This document shows, piece after piece, positions 1 through 9,788 of a DNA stretch of 64,000 bases (position 1 is its first letter; the number at the start of each line of letters is the position of its first letter). The DNA comes from Candidatus Pacearchaeota archaeon (GTDB taxonomy: Archaea; Nanobdellota; Nanobdellia; Pacearchaeales; GW2011-AR1), in assembly GCA_009694725.1 (NCBI GenBank), contig SICV01000003.1, positions 21,381-85,380 on the forward strand. Reading direction: 5' to 3'. The notes beneath the pieces were generated by a model. That model had not been told where the DNA came from, ran no database searches, and saw only the letters and a program-made list of their open reading frames with translations. A program made the translations under genes and the position numbers.

Positions 1-125
1 TCCATCACCGGTTTTCCGGTGATAATCTGTCCGACTCGGTATTTGTATGCTGTATTCCTCTTGTATTCTTGTTGCATAAATGGGAAGGGAGTTTGAGGAC
101 TTATAAGTATTTAGTTTGAGGACCC

Positions 126-2156
126 CTATAATCGTTGGATGAGCCCTTTCCGAGGTTTGAAGATATCTCCTGACTTTGCGAGTTGGTTCAGTGCTTCTTC
201 GAGTTCAATAGGCCCTACATTTACGCCAAGTTCTTTGATGAGTTCTTCTTCAGGAATCTGTTTGCCCAGTTTGAGGGATAATCTTTCGATTGCTTCTCGT
301 ACAAGAATTATTTTACTTCGTTTACTTGCTGAAATACCTGTAGTGACACGATCAATATCAAAGCTCTTTGTTTCTTCATCGTATCCTACTTGACGCATGG
401 CATATTTTGTTATATCAATAGCCTGCTTTGCATCTCGTTGCTGGACTTCATCACTGAGGCGAGCTTTTGAGCATGCTTCTGAAAGACGAATGATGCCTTC
501 AAGTTGACGAGCAGTGATTGAGATAGGTTTTACGCCCTTTGTATCTGATTTTGAAGATTGGTGACGCATTTCAATATAAAATCTTTTAATTTCTTCTACT
601 GCTTCATCAGTTAATTTCGGTTTGCAATTTTTTCGAGCATAGGCAATATATTTTCTGAGTAATTTTTGATCTATGACATCATGCACCAATTCTTGTTTAT
701 GTTCTTTAAGGATATGTGATGCAATTGCCTCGTCTTGCGCTTTATTGGGAATATCTCGAACAACGAAGATAAGGTCAAATCTACTTAATAATGCCGGAGT
801 AATCTCTATTTGTTGAGGAATGGGGGTATGGGGATCAAATCGTCCGAGTTTTGGGTTCCCTGCAGCTAACACGGTTGTTTCTGCACGGAGGGTTGCTTGG
901 ATGTTTGCTTTTGACACCGTTACGGTTTGCTGTTCCATTGCTTCGTGCATCGCCGACCGATCTTGTTCAGTCATTTTTTCAATTTCGTCAATACAGACAA
1001 TACCCTTATTAGACAAAACCATTGCTCCTGCTTCTAATGACCATCCTTTGAGGAATTCATCTTTAATAACTGCTGCCGTGAGGCCTGCTGCAGAAGCTGC
1101 TCGTCCTGATACGTATCGTCCCTTTGGACCAATTACTGAAGCAAATTTAAGTAATACTGATTTTGCCACTCCAGGGTCTCCGACCATCAATACGTGTATA
1201 TCTCCTCGTGTTGAGCCCCCATCCGTTTTTTTCTTTTTGACGCCACCGAATAATTGTAATAATACGGCTTCTTTTTGTTCTTTGAATCCATAAATTGAAG
1301 GAGCAATACTTTTACTGAGGCGTTCGAGGGCGTTTGGAGTTGTTGCTATTTCTAATATTTGTTTTGTGTCTTCTTCAGTGACATTCAAATCTTCAAATGT
1401 TTCTTCCATGGGAATAACATTATTTGCTTCAATTGCAATATCATATCGTGTAGAAATTGCTCCTGTTTGGAGTGGGATGGGGACTTCTTTGAGCGTTCCA
1501 ATGACACATACCCGACTTCCGGGTGTGGTTCGTTCTTCCATTTTTGGATCAACCAGATCTTCTTGAAGAAAGACGTTGATACGACGAGGTTGTTCTCCCC
1601 CATCAAGGCTATCGGGGGATTCTTCAATGACTAATCGTTGGGTATCCATCATTTCTTTGGTTAAGATGGTGAATGGTCCTTTCCAGCCGCAGGTACAGCG
1701 TGCAGGGTCGCGGAATTTTTTATCTATTTGTAATACTGAAATAACTGCTCCACAGCTGGCACATTCGAATTTTGCTTTTGTTACTTGTGGACGGACATCA
1801 GACGCTTGCCGGATAATGCCTTCAATTTTGATAAATTTGTCTAAATGTTTTGCACGAATGTTTCTAATTTTAATTTCTGCACTTTTTGGAATTTGAGTAA
1901 AACGGATACGTGCTTTTTCTTTGAGACCTGATTCTTCGAGTGCTTCTTCTAAAAGAGGTATGGTTTGTTCAGGGCTTTCAAGAACTTGTTCAGAGAGTTC
2001 AGGAGAGTGTTCGATGAGAAGATCGAGCGGAAGTTTAACGGTATTTGCATCTGGTCTCAGGAACTCGGAGATCATTTTTTTATTATCATCGATAAAGTTC
2101 TTTGCTTCTAAAAGTAGCTCTTCACGTCTTTTCTTTGAGGCGAGGGTATCTGCCAT
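126..2156 (-). CDS. mcm: MCM replicative helicase
   Basis: Zn finger CASC..CTC, Walker A GDPGVAKS, Walker B IDEIEKM, Arg finger LLSRFDL, C-terminal winged helix. Confidence 0.97.
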   Translation of the reverse strand: MADTLASKKRREELLLEAKNFIDDNKKMISEFLRPDANTVKLPLDLLIEHSPELSEQVLESPEQTIPLLEEALEESGLKEKARIRFTQIPKSAEIKIRNIRAKHLDKFIKIEGIIRQASDVRPQVTKAKFECASCGAVISVLQIDKKFRDPARCTCGWKGPFTILTKEMMDTQRLVIEESPDSLDGGEQPRRINVFLQEDLVDPKMEERTTPGSRVCVIGTLKEVPIPLQTGAISTRYDIAIEANNVIPMEETFEDLNVTEEDTKQILEIATTPNALERLSKSIAPSIYGFKEQKEAVLLQLFGGVKKKKTDGGSTRGDIHVLMVGDPGVAKSVLLKFASVIGPKGRYVSGRAASAAGLTAAVIKDEFLKGWSLEAGAMVLSNKGIVCIDEIEKMTEQDRSAMHEAMEQQTVTVSKANIQATLRAETTVLAAGNPKLGRFDPHTPIPQQIEITPALLSRFDLIFVVRDIPNKAQDEAIASHILKEHKQELVHDVIDQKLLRKYIAYARKNCKPKLTDEAVEEIKRFYIEMRHQSSKSDTKGVKPISITARQLEGIIRLSEACSKARLSDEVQQRDAKQAIDITKYAMRQVGYDEETKSFDIDRVTTGISASKRSKIILVREAIERLSLKLGKQIPEEELIKELGVNVGPIELEEALNQLAKSGDIFKPRKGLIQRL

Positions 2157-2209
2157 ACGTAAGAGGATGAGTAGCGCTTTATATTGATTAGTATAGCCCG
2201 TAATGCTTG

Positions 2210-3334
2210 TTATTCAAATGCATATCTCAAGAATGCACCTGCACCCTTGGTGAGATTGAAGAATTGTTCCCCTTCTTGGTTTTCATAGCCTATGGGGAGA
2301 TACTCTGCACCTGATATTTCACAGAGTTTTTCCAATTCTATTTGTTGGGCTTTTGGAAGTTTCTTTGAGACTAATACTTTTTCCGCGGCATTATTTTCAA
2401 GGGCGCGTTTTACCTTTTCAAACTCATAACAGGTTTTATCTTTCTTTTTGCCGAGCCATTCAAAGAATTGCTGGATGAGCTTCTTTTCAAGGATAAACTC
2501 TTGTTCTGCAATTTCATCATCACAGGCTTCTACGAGAAGTTTGAGTCCGTGTTCATCAGTATAGCCGATATCTTTCACCGCAATGATTTTTTCTTTGAGC
2601 CTAGTGACTAAGTCACTCTCTTCAATGAACTCATCTTTGGTCGGGATGGGCCCTCCAATGAGAAAGCCTTTCAGTTTCGGCATATCGAAAAAGATTTCTT
2701 TCATTGCTTCTGCGGTTCGTTTAAAGAATTCTTTTGCAAGTCCTTCGGTGACTCGATGGAATCGCTGGGCTGACTGCCCTCCTGCACGTACTTTACTCGG
2801 GACACCTGAGGTGAGTTCTCGAATGACTTCAATTTTCTTGCCAATCAGGATACCGATGGTTGCGACTTGGCGGTCGATTGCTAACAGCCCATAGACTTCT
2901 TGGACTTCAAGCATTTCTTTGAGGGGGTCGATCATGAATACTTGGTCGCATCGATAGAGACGGACGTTTAAGGACTTGGGAGGTTCGTAGAGCCAGAGTT
3001 GGATATCTTGTTGCCCTTCTTTTTCTGAAACGTTCCCACAATAACAGGCAAGGCCATTTGGGGGAGTCGCTTTCATGAGTTTGAGTTCACGGGTCATTTT
3101 TTCAATGGCGGTGGTGACAGCTGTTCGGGTTTGTTTTGATTTGATGTTATCTGCCATGCCCCCTTCAAATTCAAGCTGCCTTACCACGGCGTCTTTGTTA
3201 AAGCCTGCGGGGATGAGGACTGAGACTAATTCGGTGTGCCGGCCTCTAATACTTCCGAGTAAGTTGACCAGATCTTCGAGTTTCAGGCGCTCTTTAGGCG
3301 TCATTTCTTTTAATTCATACTTCTTGGGTGCCAT
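2210..3334 (-). CDS. prf1: Peptide chain release factor aRF1
   Basis: NIKS, YRCD and GGQS motifs. Confidence 0.97.
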   Translation of the reverse strand: MAPKKYELKEMTPKERLKLEDLVNLLGSIRGRHTELVSVLIPAGFNKDAVVRQLEFEGGMADNIKSKQTRTAVTTAIEKMTRELKLMKATPPNGLACYCGNVSEKEGQQDIQLWLYEPPKSLNVRLYRCDQVFMIDPLKEMLEVQEVYGLLAIDRQVATIGILIGKKIEVIRELTSGVPSKVRAGGQSAQRFHRVTEGLAKEFFKRTAEAMKEIFFDMPKLKGFLIGGPIPTKDEFIEESDLVTRLKEKIIAVKDIGYTDEHGLKLLVEACDDEIAEQEFILEKKLIQQFFEWLGKKKDKTCYEFEKVKRALENNAAEKVLVSKKLPKAQQIELEKLCEISGAEYLPIGYENQEGEQFFNLTKGAGAFLRYAFE

Positions 3335-3373
3335 ATTCTAAGGACGCTGAGAATGGTTAATAAGGTTATGGTG

Positions 3374-5704
3374 TTAGGCGAGTATTGTTACCGTTCTCTT
3401 TCCGGTTGTTATTGTTTGAGTGGTGGTAACTGCCTTGAGATCATCGAGTACCGATGCGAGAAGTTTTTGTTCTGGTGCGGGGAGGATGAGGGAGACGGGG
3501 ACTTTCATTGATTTTTGTGCTTTTGATTTTTCTGTACGAACGAGGGTGATGATGTCGAGGAGGGTTGTCCAGGTTACCTCATCATTTTTTGTTGCTTTAA
3601 GCTTTATAGGGATTGGCCAGGCAGATGTGTGAATAGAAGAGGTTTTTTCCTGCTTTTTGAAATAGGTTTGGTAGATCTCTTCGGTGATATAGGGAGTGAA
3701 CGGGGCAAAAAGCTTGGTGAGGGTGAGGAAGGCGGTGCTCAGTGTCCAGGCTGCAGAGGTTTTGCCTTCTGGTGAGCCGGAGTACACGCGTGTTTTCACG
3801 AGTTCAATATAATTGTCTGCGAAGACTTTCCAGAAAAAATGATCAGTGACGGCCTTTGCACGAGAATATTCGTAGCTTTCAAATGCATCTGTTGCTTCTT
3901 GTATTGTTTTGTTGAGTTGGATGAGGAAGAGCCGATCTGTTTCTTCGAGTCCGGGTTGTTTGGAGGGAATGGTGAGGTTACTAAAGATGAATTGTGCCGC
4001 GTTTTTGAGTTTGGTGATAAATTTTTGTGCGGTGACGATGTCTTTTTCTTGATAATCCAGGTCTTCTCCCAGTTTAGAGGTTGCTGCCCAGTATCTGAGT
4101 GCGTCCGCTCCGTACTGTGCCATGATGGGCTGGGGGTCAACACCATTCCCTTTGCTTTTGCTCATTTTTTCTCCGCCCATCGATACGTTGCCTGAGATGA
4201 TAATATCATTCCAAGGGAGGGTGTTCTCATGATAGAGGGCTCGGACAATGGTGTAGAATGCCCAGGTACGAATGATGTCATGTGCTTGGGGGCGGAGGGA
4301 GAACGGAACGACTGCTTTCCCTTTCACGAGTTGGGAGACAATCTGAGGGCTGAGAGAGGAGGTTGCCCAAGTATCTAAGACTTTTGTTTCTGGCGTGCAG
4401 GGTTTTTTGCACGTTTGACAGGTCTTTTTTGTTTGGAGGGGGTCAACTGGAAGTTCTGCAGGGGTTGCTACTACTGTTTCTTTACATGTTTCACAGAACC
4501 AGACAGGTAAGGGGATCCCAAAATGTCTATCGCGCGAGATTGACCAGTCCCATTCAAGACCATTCACCCAATTTTCATATCGTTTGAACATTTGCGTTGG
4601 ATACCACGTGACTTTTTTTCCTTGGGTGATGAGTTTCTTTTTGTTTTCTATTATTTGTATAAACCATTGGTCGGTGGGGAGGAATTCTACGAAAGTTCTG
4701 CACTTATCATGTACGTTGACGACATGTTTGATTTGCTTTTGGTCGGTAACTAAGCCTTTTTCTTTAAGCTCCTTCAGGATACGAGAACGTGCTTCCTTCG
4801 GTTTCATACCCTGATAGGGTGCGACGTTCAGCGTGCCGTCTTTATTGCGAATAATAACCGGGGTGAGTTTATGGCGTGCAATTGCATCGGCGTCATATTT
4901 GTCACCATATGAACAAATCATAAGGACACCTGTCCCTTTATCTATCTGGGCTGACTCATCTGCTTTAATCGGTACTTTTTTTCCAAGAGGGGTTGTCGCT
5001 TCTTTCCCGATCAGGTGTGTGTAGCGTGTATCTGCAGGGTTGACGAAGACGGCGACACAGGCAGGAAGGAGTTCAGGGCGTGTGGTTGCGATGGGGAGCT
5101 TTTCTTTCCCTGCAATGAAGAGGAGTGTGGAGAAGAAGGTGTCTTTTTCACTATCTTCTAATTCTGCTTGGGCAATGGCTGTTTGACACTCCGGGCACCA
5201 GAGCGTCGGGAATGCTTTATGGTAAACTTTTTTGTCTGTATAGAGATCGAGGAAGGCTTGTTGAGAGATTTTTCTAGTTGTATCGTCAATGGTTGAATAG
5301 GTGAGGGCGTAGTCTGCAGAGATACCGAGGTTTTTCCAATCTTGGACGAATGCAGGAGTGATTTCTTTGAGTGTTGCAAGGCAGAGTGTGATGAAGTCTG
5401 CGCGAGACATGTCTTTGCTTTTTACGTTTTTGAGTTTTTCAACGAGGCGTTCGGTGGGGAGACCATTATCATCCGTGCCAAATGGATAGAGCACATTCTC
5501 ACCTTTCATACGGTGGTAGCGGACGATGAAGTCTTGTTGGGCATAGGAGAAGGCATGGCCCATATGCATTGCTCCTGAAACAGTTGGAGGGGGCGTGTCT
5601 ACCGAGAATATCTTTTTTCCTTTGGGATTAAAGGCGTATACCTTTTCTTTTTCCCAGAAGGTGCGCCATTTTGCTTCCATCTCGGGTGTGGTTTGTTCTG
5701 GCAT
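3374..5704 (-). CDS. valS: Valine--tRNA ligase (archaeal type)
   Basis: DTPPPTVSG..HMGH, DWSISR, KMSKS, AHDIIRTWAFYT. Confidence 0.96.
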   Translation of the reverse strand: MPEQTTPEMEAKWRTFWEKEKVYAFNPKGKKIFSVDTPPPTVSGAMHMGHAFSYAQQDFIVRYHRMKGENVLYPFGTDDNGLPTERLVEKLKNVKSKDMSRADFITLCLATLKEITPAFVQDWKNLGISADYALTYSTIDDTTRKISQQAFLDLYTDKKVYHKAFPTLWCPECQTAIAQAELEDSEKDTFFSTLLFIAGKEKLPIATTRPELLPACVAVFVNPADTRYTHLIGKEATTPLGKKVPIKADESAQIDKGTGVLMICSYGDKYDADAIARHKLTPVIIRNKDGTLNVAPYQGMKPKEARSRILKELKEKGLVTDQKQIKHVVNVHDKCRTFVEFLPTDQWFIQIIENKKKLITQGKKVTWYPTQMFKRYENWVNGLEWDWSISRDRHFGIPLPVWFCETCKETVVATPAELPVDPLQTKKTCQTCKKPCTPETKVLDTWATSSLSPQIVSQLVKGKAVVPFSLRPQAHDIIRTWAFYTIVRALYHENTLPWNDIIISGNVSMGGEKMSKSKGNGVDPQPIMAQYGADALRYWAATSKLGEDLDYQEKDIVTAQKFITKLKNAAQFIFSNLTIPSKQPGLEETDRLFLIQLNKTIQEATDAFESYEYSRAKAVTDHFFWKVFADNYIELVKTRVYSGSPEGKTSAAWTLSTAFLTLTKLFAPFTPYITEEIYQTYFKKQEKTSSIHTSAWPIPIKLKATKNDEVTWTTLLDIITLVRTEKSKAQKSMKVPVSLILPAPEQKLLASVLDDLKAVTTTQTITTGKRTVTILA

Positions 5705-5754
5705 TATTCTTCAGGGGGAGGAAGGGTTTTAAGGTTTCTGTTCGTGTAAGAAAC

Positions 5755-6366
5755 ATGGATAGAAAGAAAGAATTTCTTCGTATCTTCAAACTTGCTGATA
5801 CGAAATTTGGGAAGTCAGACTATCGACTTGCAGGTGAAGCATGGGTGGAGCCCTGGCAGACCGTTGTGGTGACGATTATGTCGGCGCAGTCTCGGGATGA
5901 GACCACGATTCCTATTGCGGAAGCATTGTTTGCGCGGTATCCGACACTTGTGTCACTTGCCGAGGCGCGGTATGCAGAGGTGTTAGAGATTTTACGCAGT
6001 ATGAATTATAATCGTACAAAGGCACGGCATGTTATTGCATGTGCGAAAGAGATTTTAGTTCGGTATAACGGGGAGGTTCCAGAGACGATCGATGAGCTGA
6101 TTACGTTACCTGGTGTTGGGCGGAAGACGGCGAACTTAGTGGTGACGGAGTGTTTTGGAAAGCAAGGGATTTGTGTTGATACGCATGTGCACCGGATTGC
6201 GAATGTACTTGGGCTAGTGAAAACAAAGACACCGACTGAAACGGAATTTGCATTAATGGACGTCGCACCACAGCGCTATTGGGGGAAAATTAATCGTGTT
6301 TTTGTATTGTGGGGGAAGGCTGTGGCGGGACGGGATAAGAAAAAACTGCTCGCTGTTCTGAGATAG
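5755..6366 (+). CDS. nth: Endonuclease III-family HhH-GPD DNA glycosylase
   Basis: SAQS.D, LPGVGRKTAN (HhH) and VDTHVHR motifs; start placed at ATG 5755; C-terminal Fe-S cysteines absent. Confidence 0.9.
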   Translation: MDRKKEFLRIFKLADTKFGKSDYRLAGEAWVEPWQTVVVTIMSAQSRDETTIPIAEALFARYPTLVSLAEARYAEVLEILRSMNYNRTKARHVIACAKEILVRYNGEVPETIDELITLPGVGRKTANLVVTECFGKQGICVDTHVHRIANVLGLVKTKTPTETEFALMDVAPQRYWGKINRVFVLWGKAVAGRDKKKLLAVLR

Positions 6367-6397
6367 TTTTTTATATAGCTTCTTTGCTTTGTTTTCT

Positions 6398-6715
6398 ATG
6401 TTATGGTATCGATTATCGCGGAATATGCCCGCGGATATTTTTAATGATCTCACCGGTTATTTTTTCCAGCATGGTCTTGACCTTGTTCCCCATGAGAAGC
6501 ATACTTCTTTTGTGGGGAAGGGTGCGAATGTACGCGTGTTTCCTCAGAAGATTGGTTTTGTGTTTACCGGGAATGCGTGCACTTCAGGACTAGGGTCTCG
6601 ACTGTTACGAGAGGTCTATCAAAAGGTTCCCGCATTTGAACGTCTTGATGAAGATCAACCGGGAGAAATTGAAGAATTGCGGAGACAGTTTCCTTTCCTC
6701 TATGAATTGCGGTAA
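6398..6715 (+). CDS. Hypothetical protein
   Basis: ORF with a TATA-like TTTTATATA about 25 nt upstream; no motif recognised. Confidence 0.55.
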   Translation: MLWYRLSRNMPADIFNDLTGYFFQHGLDLVPHEKHTSFVGKGANVRVFPQKIGFVFTGNACTSGLGSRLLREVYQKVPAFERLDEDQPGEIEELRRQFPFLYELR

Positions 6716-7084
6716 TTAGAATGGACCGTAGAGATGGAACCCCGCATCTCCTTGGTAATACATATAATATTCAGTTTGGCAGTCGAGTACATACGTTGCT
6801 CCCCACCCACCCACATATCCTCGAGGCGCAATACTCTGTTCGTATAGTACTTTTGTTGCTTGTTTTCCTGATTGGCACAATTTGTTCCCTGCTCCTTTGT
6901 CAATAATGACTTGAGGGTCTTTCTCTTCGATTATTTTTTCTTGGTATTCTTGTGTGAGTGCAGGGTATCGCTCTTCCAATTCGGTATTGATGGTGTAACT
7001 TCCTTTGCCTGACTCATGATAATACCAGACGCCTCCAAGGATACATATCAGTACACCTATTCCACCAAGCATCTTACTATTCAT
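6716..7084 (-). CDS. Hypothetical membrane-anchored/secreted protein
   Basis: N-terminal hydrophobic helix, two further Cys in the soluble part, TTTAAATA upstream. Confidence 0.65.
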   Translation of the reverse strand: MNSKMLGGIGVLICILGGVWYYHESGKGSYTINTELEERYPALTQEYQEKIIEEKDPQVIIDKGAGNKLCQSGKQATKVLYEQSIAPRGYVGGWGATYVLDCQTEYYMYYQGDAGFHLYGPF

Positions 7085-7192
7085 ACTATCTTACTCCCTT
7101 TTTCTTATTTAAACTCTCTTTTGACTCTTGTCCTCTCTGGAACTATCTTTGCTTTGCGGTAGGTTTTTATAGGAATAAAGAGCAATAGTTTT

Positions 7193-7369
7193 ATGGCACA
7201 ACAGCAAGGAGTACAAACACCTTCCGGGTTTGGAGGATTGATGCGGTTTAATGAAGAATTTGAGAGTAAATTTAAGATGACTCCCGGGCAGGTTGTTGGG
7301 TTTTTGGTAGTGATTGTATTGTTTTCAATTGCATTGCATATCTTTTGGCCGTTGCCTGTAGGAGTATAA
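7193..7369 (+). CDS. secG: Preprotein translocase subunit Sec61beta (not in ORF track)
   Basis: Hand translation MAQQQGVQTPSGFGGLMRFNEEFESKFKMTPGQVVGFLVVIVLFSIALHIFWPLPVGV; GLMRF.EE..K..P plus C-terminal TM is the Sec61beta pattern. Confidence 0.9.
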   Translation: MAQQQGVQTPSGFGGLMRFNEEFESKFKMTPGQVVGFLVVIVLFSIALHIFWPLPVGV

Positions 7370-7371
7370 TC

Positions 7372-7707
7372 ATGTTTGGTAATTTAGGCGGGATTAATCC
7401 GGGGCAAATGAAAGCTATGATGAAGCAGATGGGTATTACTCAGGAATCAATTCCCGCGATGCGCGTTATTATTGAACAAGAGGGGAAACGTATGGTGATT
7501 GCGAATCCAGGCGTTGAGAAAATTACGATGAAGGGACAAGTGAGCTGGCAAATTACGGGGGATGCAACTGAAGAATCTGCCGCGGTTTCGTTCTCTGAGG
7601 AAGATGTGCAATTGGTTGTTGATCAGACCGGGAAATCTGAAACGGAAGTCCGGAAGGTATTGGGTGAAACGAAGGATTTAGCCGAGACGATAAGCCGCTT
7701 GTCATAA
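7372..7707 (+). CDS. nac: Nascent polypeptide-associated complex protein
   Basis: MMKQMGI, NAC barrel, C-terminal UBA-like EEDVQLV..QTG..DLAETI. Confidence 0.92.
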   Translation: MFGNLGGINPGQMKAMMKQMGITQESIPAMRVIIEQEGKRMVIANPGVEKITMKGQVSWQITGDATEESAAVSFSEEDVQLVVDQTGKSETEVRKVLGETKDLAETISRLS

Positions 7708-7820
7708 GTTCGGTTAATTAACTCATTCCTTCGTGCGGGAAAGGTATATATACTTCTTTATAGTTAATACTTGAGTGCCTCTTCTGTTGTTTTCCTGAAG
7801 GGGACTACTATCCCCCATAC

Positions 7821-8246
7821 ATGGAACATATCATTAAAGAAAAAATCAGCGCTGATCATCTGCTCTATGTGAGTTTAAAGTATACGAAGACGTGTGATGT
7901 TATTATTAATTTATTATTACGCTGGAAAATTCTTATTGAACTTGCAATGGATAAGTTGGTTGAGCGCGCGAAGAAAGAAAAGAAATGGAAACCTATTCCT
8001 GATGCTCCTCGCGCTAAGTTAGTTGCTTTGAAACGTATTTATGCGGATGATGAATTGATTACGAAGACCTTGAATCTCTATGAATTGTTTCGAGATATTG
8101 ATGGATTGGACAAAGTGCGTGAACATGAATTTCGTAAAGGTGTAAACTTGCGTGTGACGTATAAAGGGGAACTTATCAATATTAACCTCGATATGTTGAA
8201 AGAATATGCGTCAGTGCTGGAAAGGTTTATAAGCTCCTTGAAGTAA
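7821..8246 (+). CDS. Hypothetical protein upstream of minD
   Basis: Clean 141-aa ORF (ADHLLYVSLKYTKTCDVI), apparently co-transcribed with minD. Confidence 0.8.
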   Translation: MEHIIKEKISADHLLYVSLKYTKTCDVIINLLLRWKILIELAMDKLVERAKKEKKWKPIPDAPRAKLVALKRIYADDELITKTLNLYELFRDIDGLDKVREHEFRKGVNLRVTYKGELININLDMLKEYASVLERFISSLK

Positions 8247-8279
8247 ATTGACCTACAACGCCTCGGCGTTATCACTGTT

Positions 8280-9035
8280 ATGGCTGTTATTATTACTATT
8301 ACATCTGGAAAGGGAGGGGTTGGTAAAACGACCACATCTATTAACTTGGGCGCAGCCTTGAATTCATTTGGTAAAGAGGTAATTATTCTTGATGCGAACT
8401 TAACTACTCCGAATGTAGGGTTACATTTAGGTGCTCCCGTTGTGCCCGTGAGTTTGAATCATGTGCTTTCAGGTAGGGCAAAAGTTGGCGATGCGATTTA
8501 TGAACATGAATCTGGAATGAAAATTATTCCCAGTTCTTTATCGATTAAAGAATTGAAACGTTTGAATCATGGGAAGTTGAAAGATGTAGGAAAGAAATTG
8601 AGAAAGATGGCAGATTATATTATTTATGACTCTGCTGCAGGTCTTGGAGAAGAAGCTCTTGCTTCATTAGAATCCGGAGATGAATTGATTATTGTGACGA
8701 ATCCTGAAATTCCTGCTGTGACGGATGCATTGAAGACTGCTAAGGTAATTGAGCAATTGGGGAAGACGGTTCGAGGAGTGATTGTGACACGTGTCCGAGG
8801 GGTTAAAACCGAAATGCCTATACAAAATGTACGTGATATGTTAGAATTACCTATTATTGGGGTGATTCCTGAAGATAAAAATGTCCAGGCTGCTTTGATT
8901 TTGAAAGATGCCTTAGTCCATACACATCCAAAGAGTCGAGCATCACGAGCGTATCGCTTATTGGCTGCTCGTATTATTGGGAATACCACCTATAAAGAAG
9001 ATCTTTCCTTGTGGGATCGGATGTTTTACTCGTAA
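8280..9035 (+). CDS. minD: Cell division ATPase MinD
   Basis: Deviant Walker A SGKGGVGKTT, DSAAG, IPED. Confidence 0.93.
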   Translation: MAVIITITSGKGGVGKTTTSINLGAALNSFGKEVIILDANLTTPNVGLHLGAPVVPVSLNHVLSGRAKVGDAIYEHESGMKIIPSSLSIKELKRLNHGKLKDVGKKLRKMADYIIYDSAAGLGEEALASLESGDELIIVTNPEIPAVTDALKTAKVIEQLGKTVRGVIVTRVRGVKTEMPIQNVRDMLELPIIGVIPEDKNVQAALILKDALVHTHPKSRASRAYRLLAARIIGNTTYKEDLSLWDRMFYS

Positions 9036-9093
9036 CGAATAAAACCTGTTCTTTCTCAGATCTTTATTTATAGAACTTTTTCTTCTTCAGTGT

Positions 9094-9690
9094 ATGAGTG
9101 CAGTTAGGGGGAGTTCTCGGCAACATAATCTGGCTCTTCTTCGCACTATTCTTAATAATGATTTCTATCGTGCGCGGCGTGCTGAGGGTGAAGCACAGGA
9201 AGCCTTTGAAGTCTTTGTGCGACACGCCGATGTTGACCTCCTGGCTCGCTGGGCTCATACGTTACATGAAGAGATTCATCGTGCTACGAAAGGAGTATAT
9301 CGTTTTCAGCCGGGGCATGCGATACGAGAGGAAGGAATACATACGGTTATTGATACGACTGGGAAACGAGGATTTCCGTTATCGTGGCATTCGGTTGGCT
9401 CTCCTGGTTTTTCTGATTAGTTGGTGCAGTCTTCGGAAGTTGAAATGGAACTCTGGGAAGAATCAGTGGTCATAAGGAAGTGTTGACCGAGCCCCTTGGT
9501 GTTTTTCGACTTTTTCTCTCCTGACGTGTTGATGCAGGTATTTGGTACCTATTATCGAGATACGGTGAATACGCATAACTGTATGCCTTTGCATGTGGAA
9601 TCTGTGTTCTATCATATACCTGGGTGTCACGAGAAGTTTCGTGTGCGGGGTTTTCCGTATCCACATACTTTTTCGACTTGGATGTGTTAA
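9094..9690 (+). pseudogene. Probable pseudogene: one frame interrupted by two stops
   Basis: ORFs 9094-9420 and 9496-9690 share a frame, broken only by TAG 9418 and TGA 9484. Confidence 0.5.
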
Positions 9691-9788
9691 TTTTTTAAGG
9701 GATGAATGAGGAAAAAGAAAACTATTATCGCTTGCACGTTTGTGTTGCGTGATTGTTAGCTTTTACTTATTCGAATTTTCTGAGAGGT

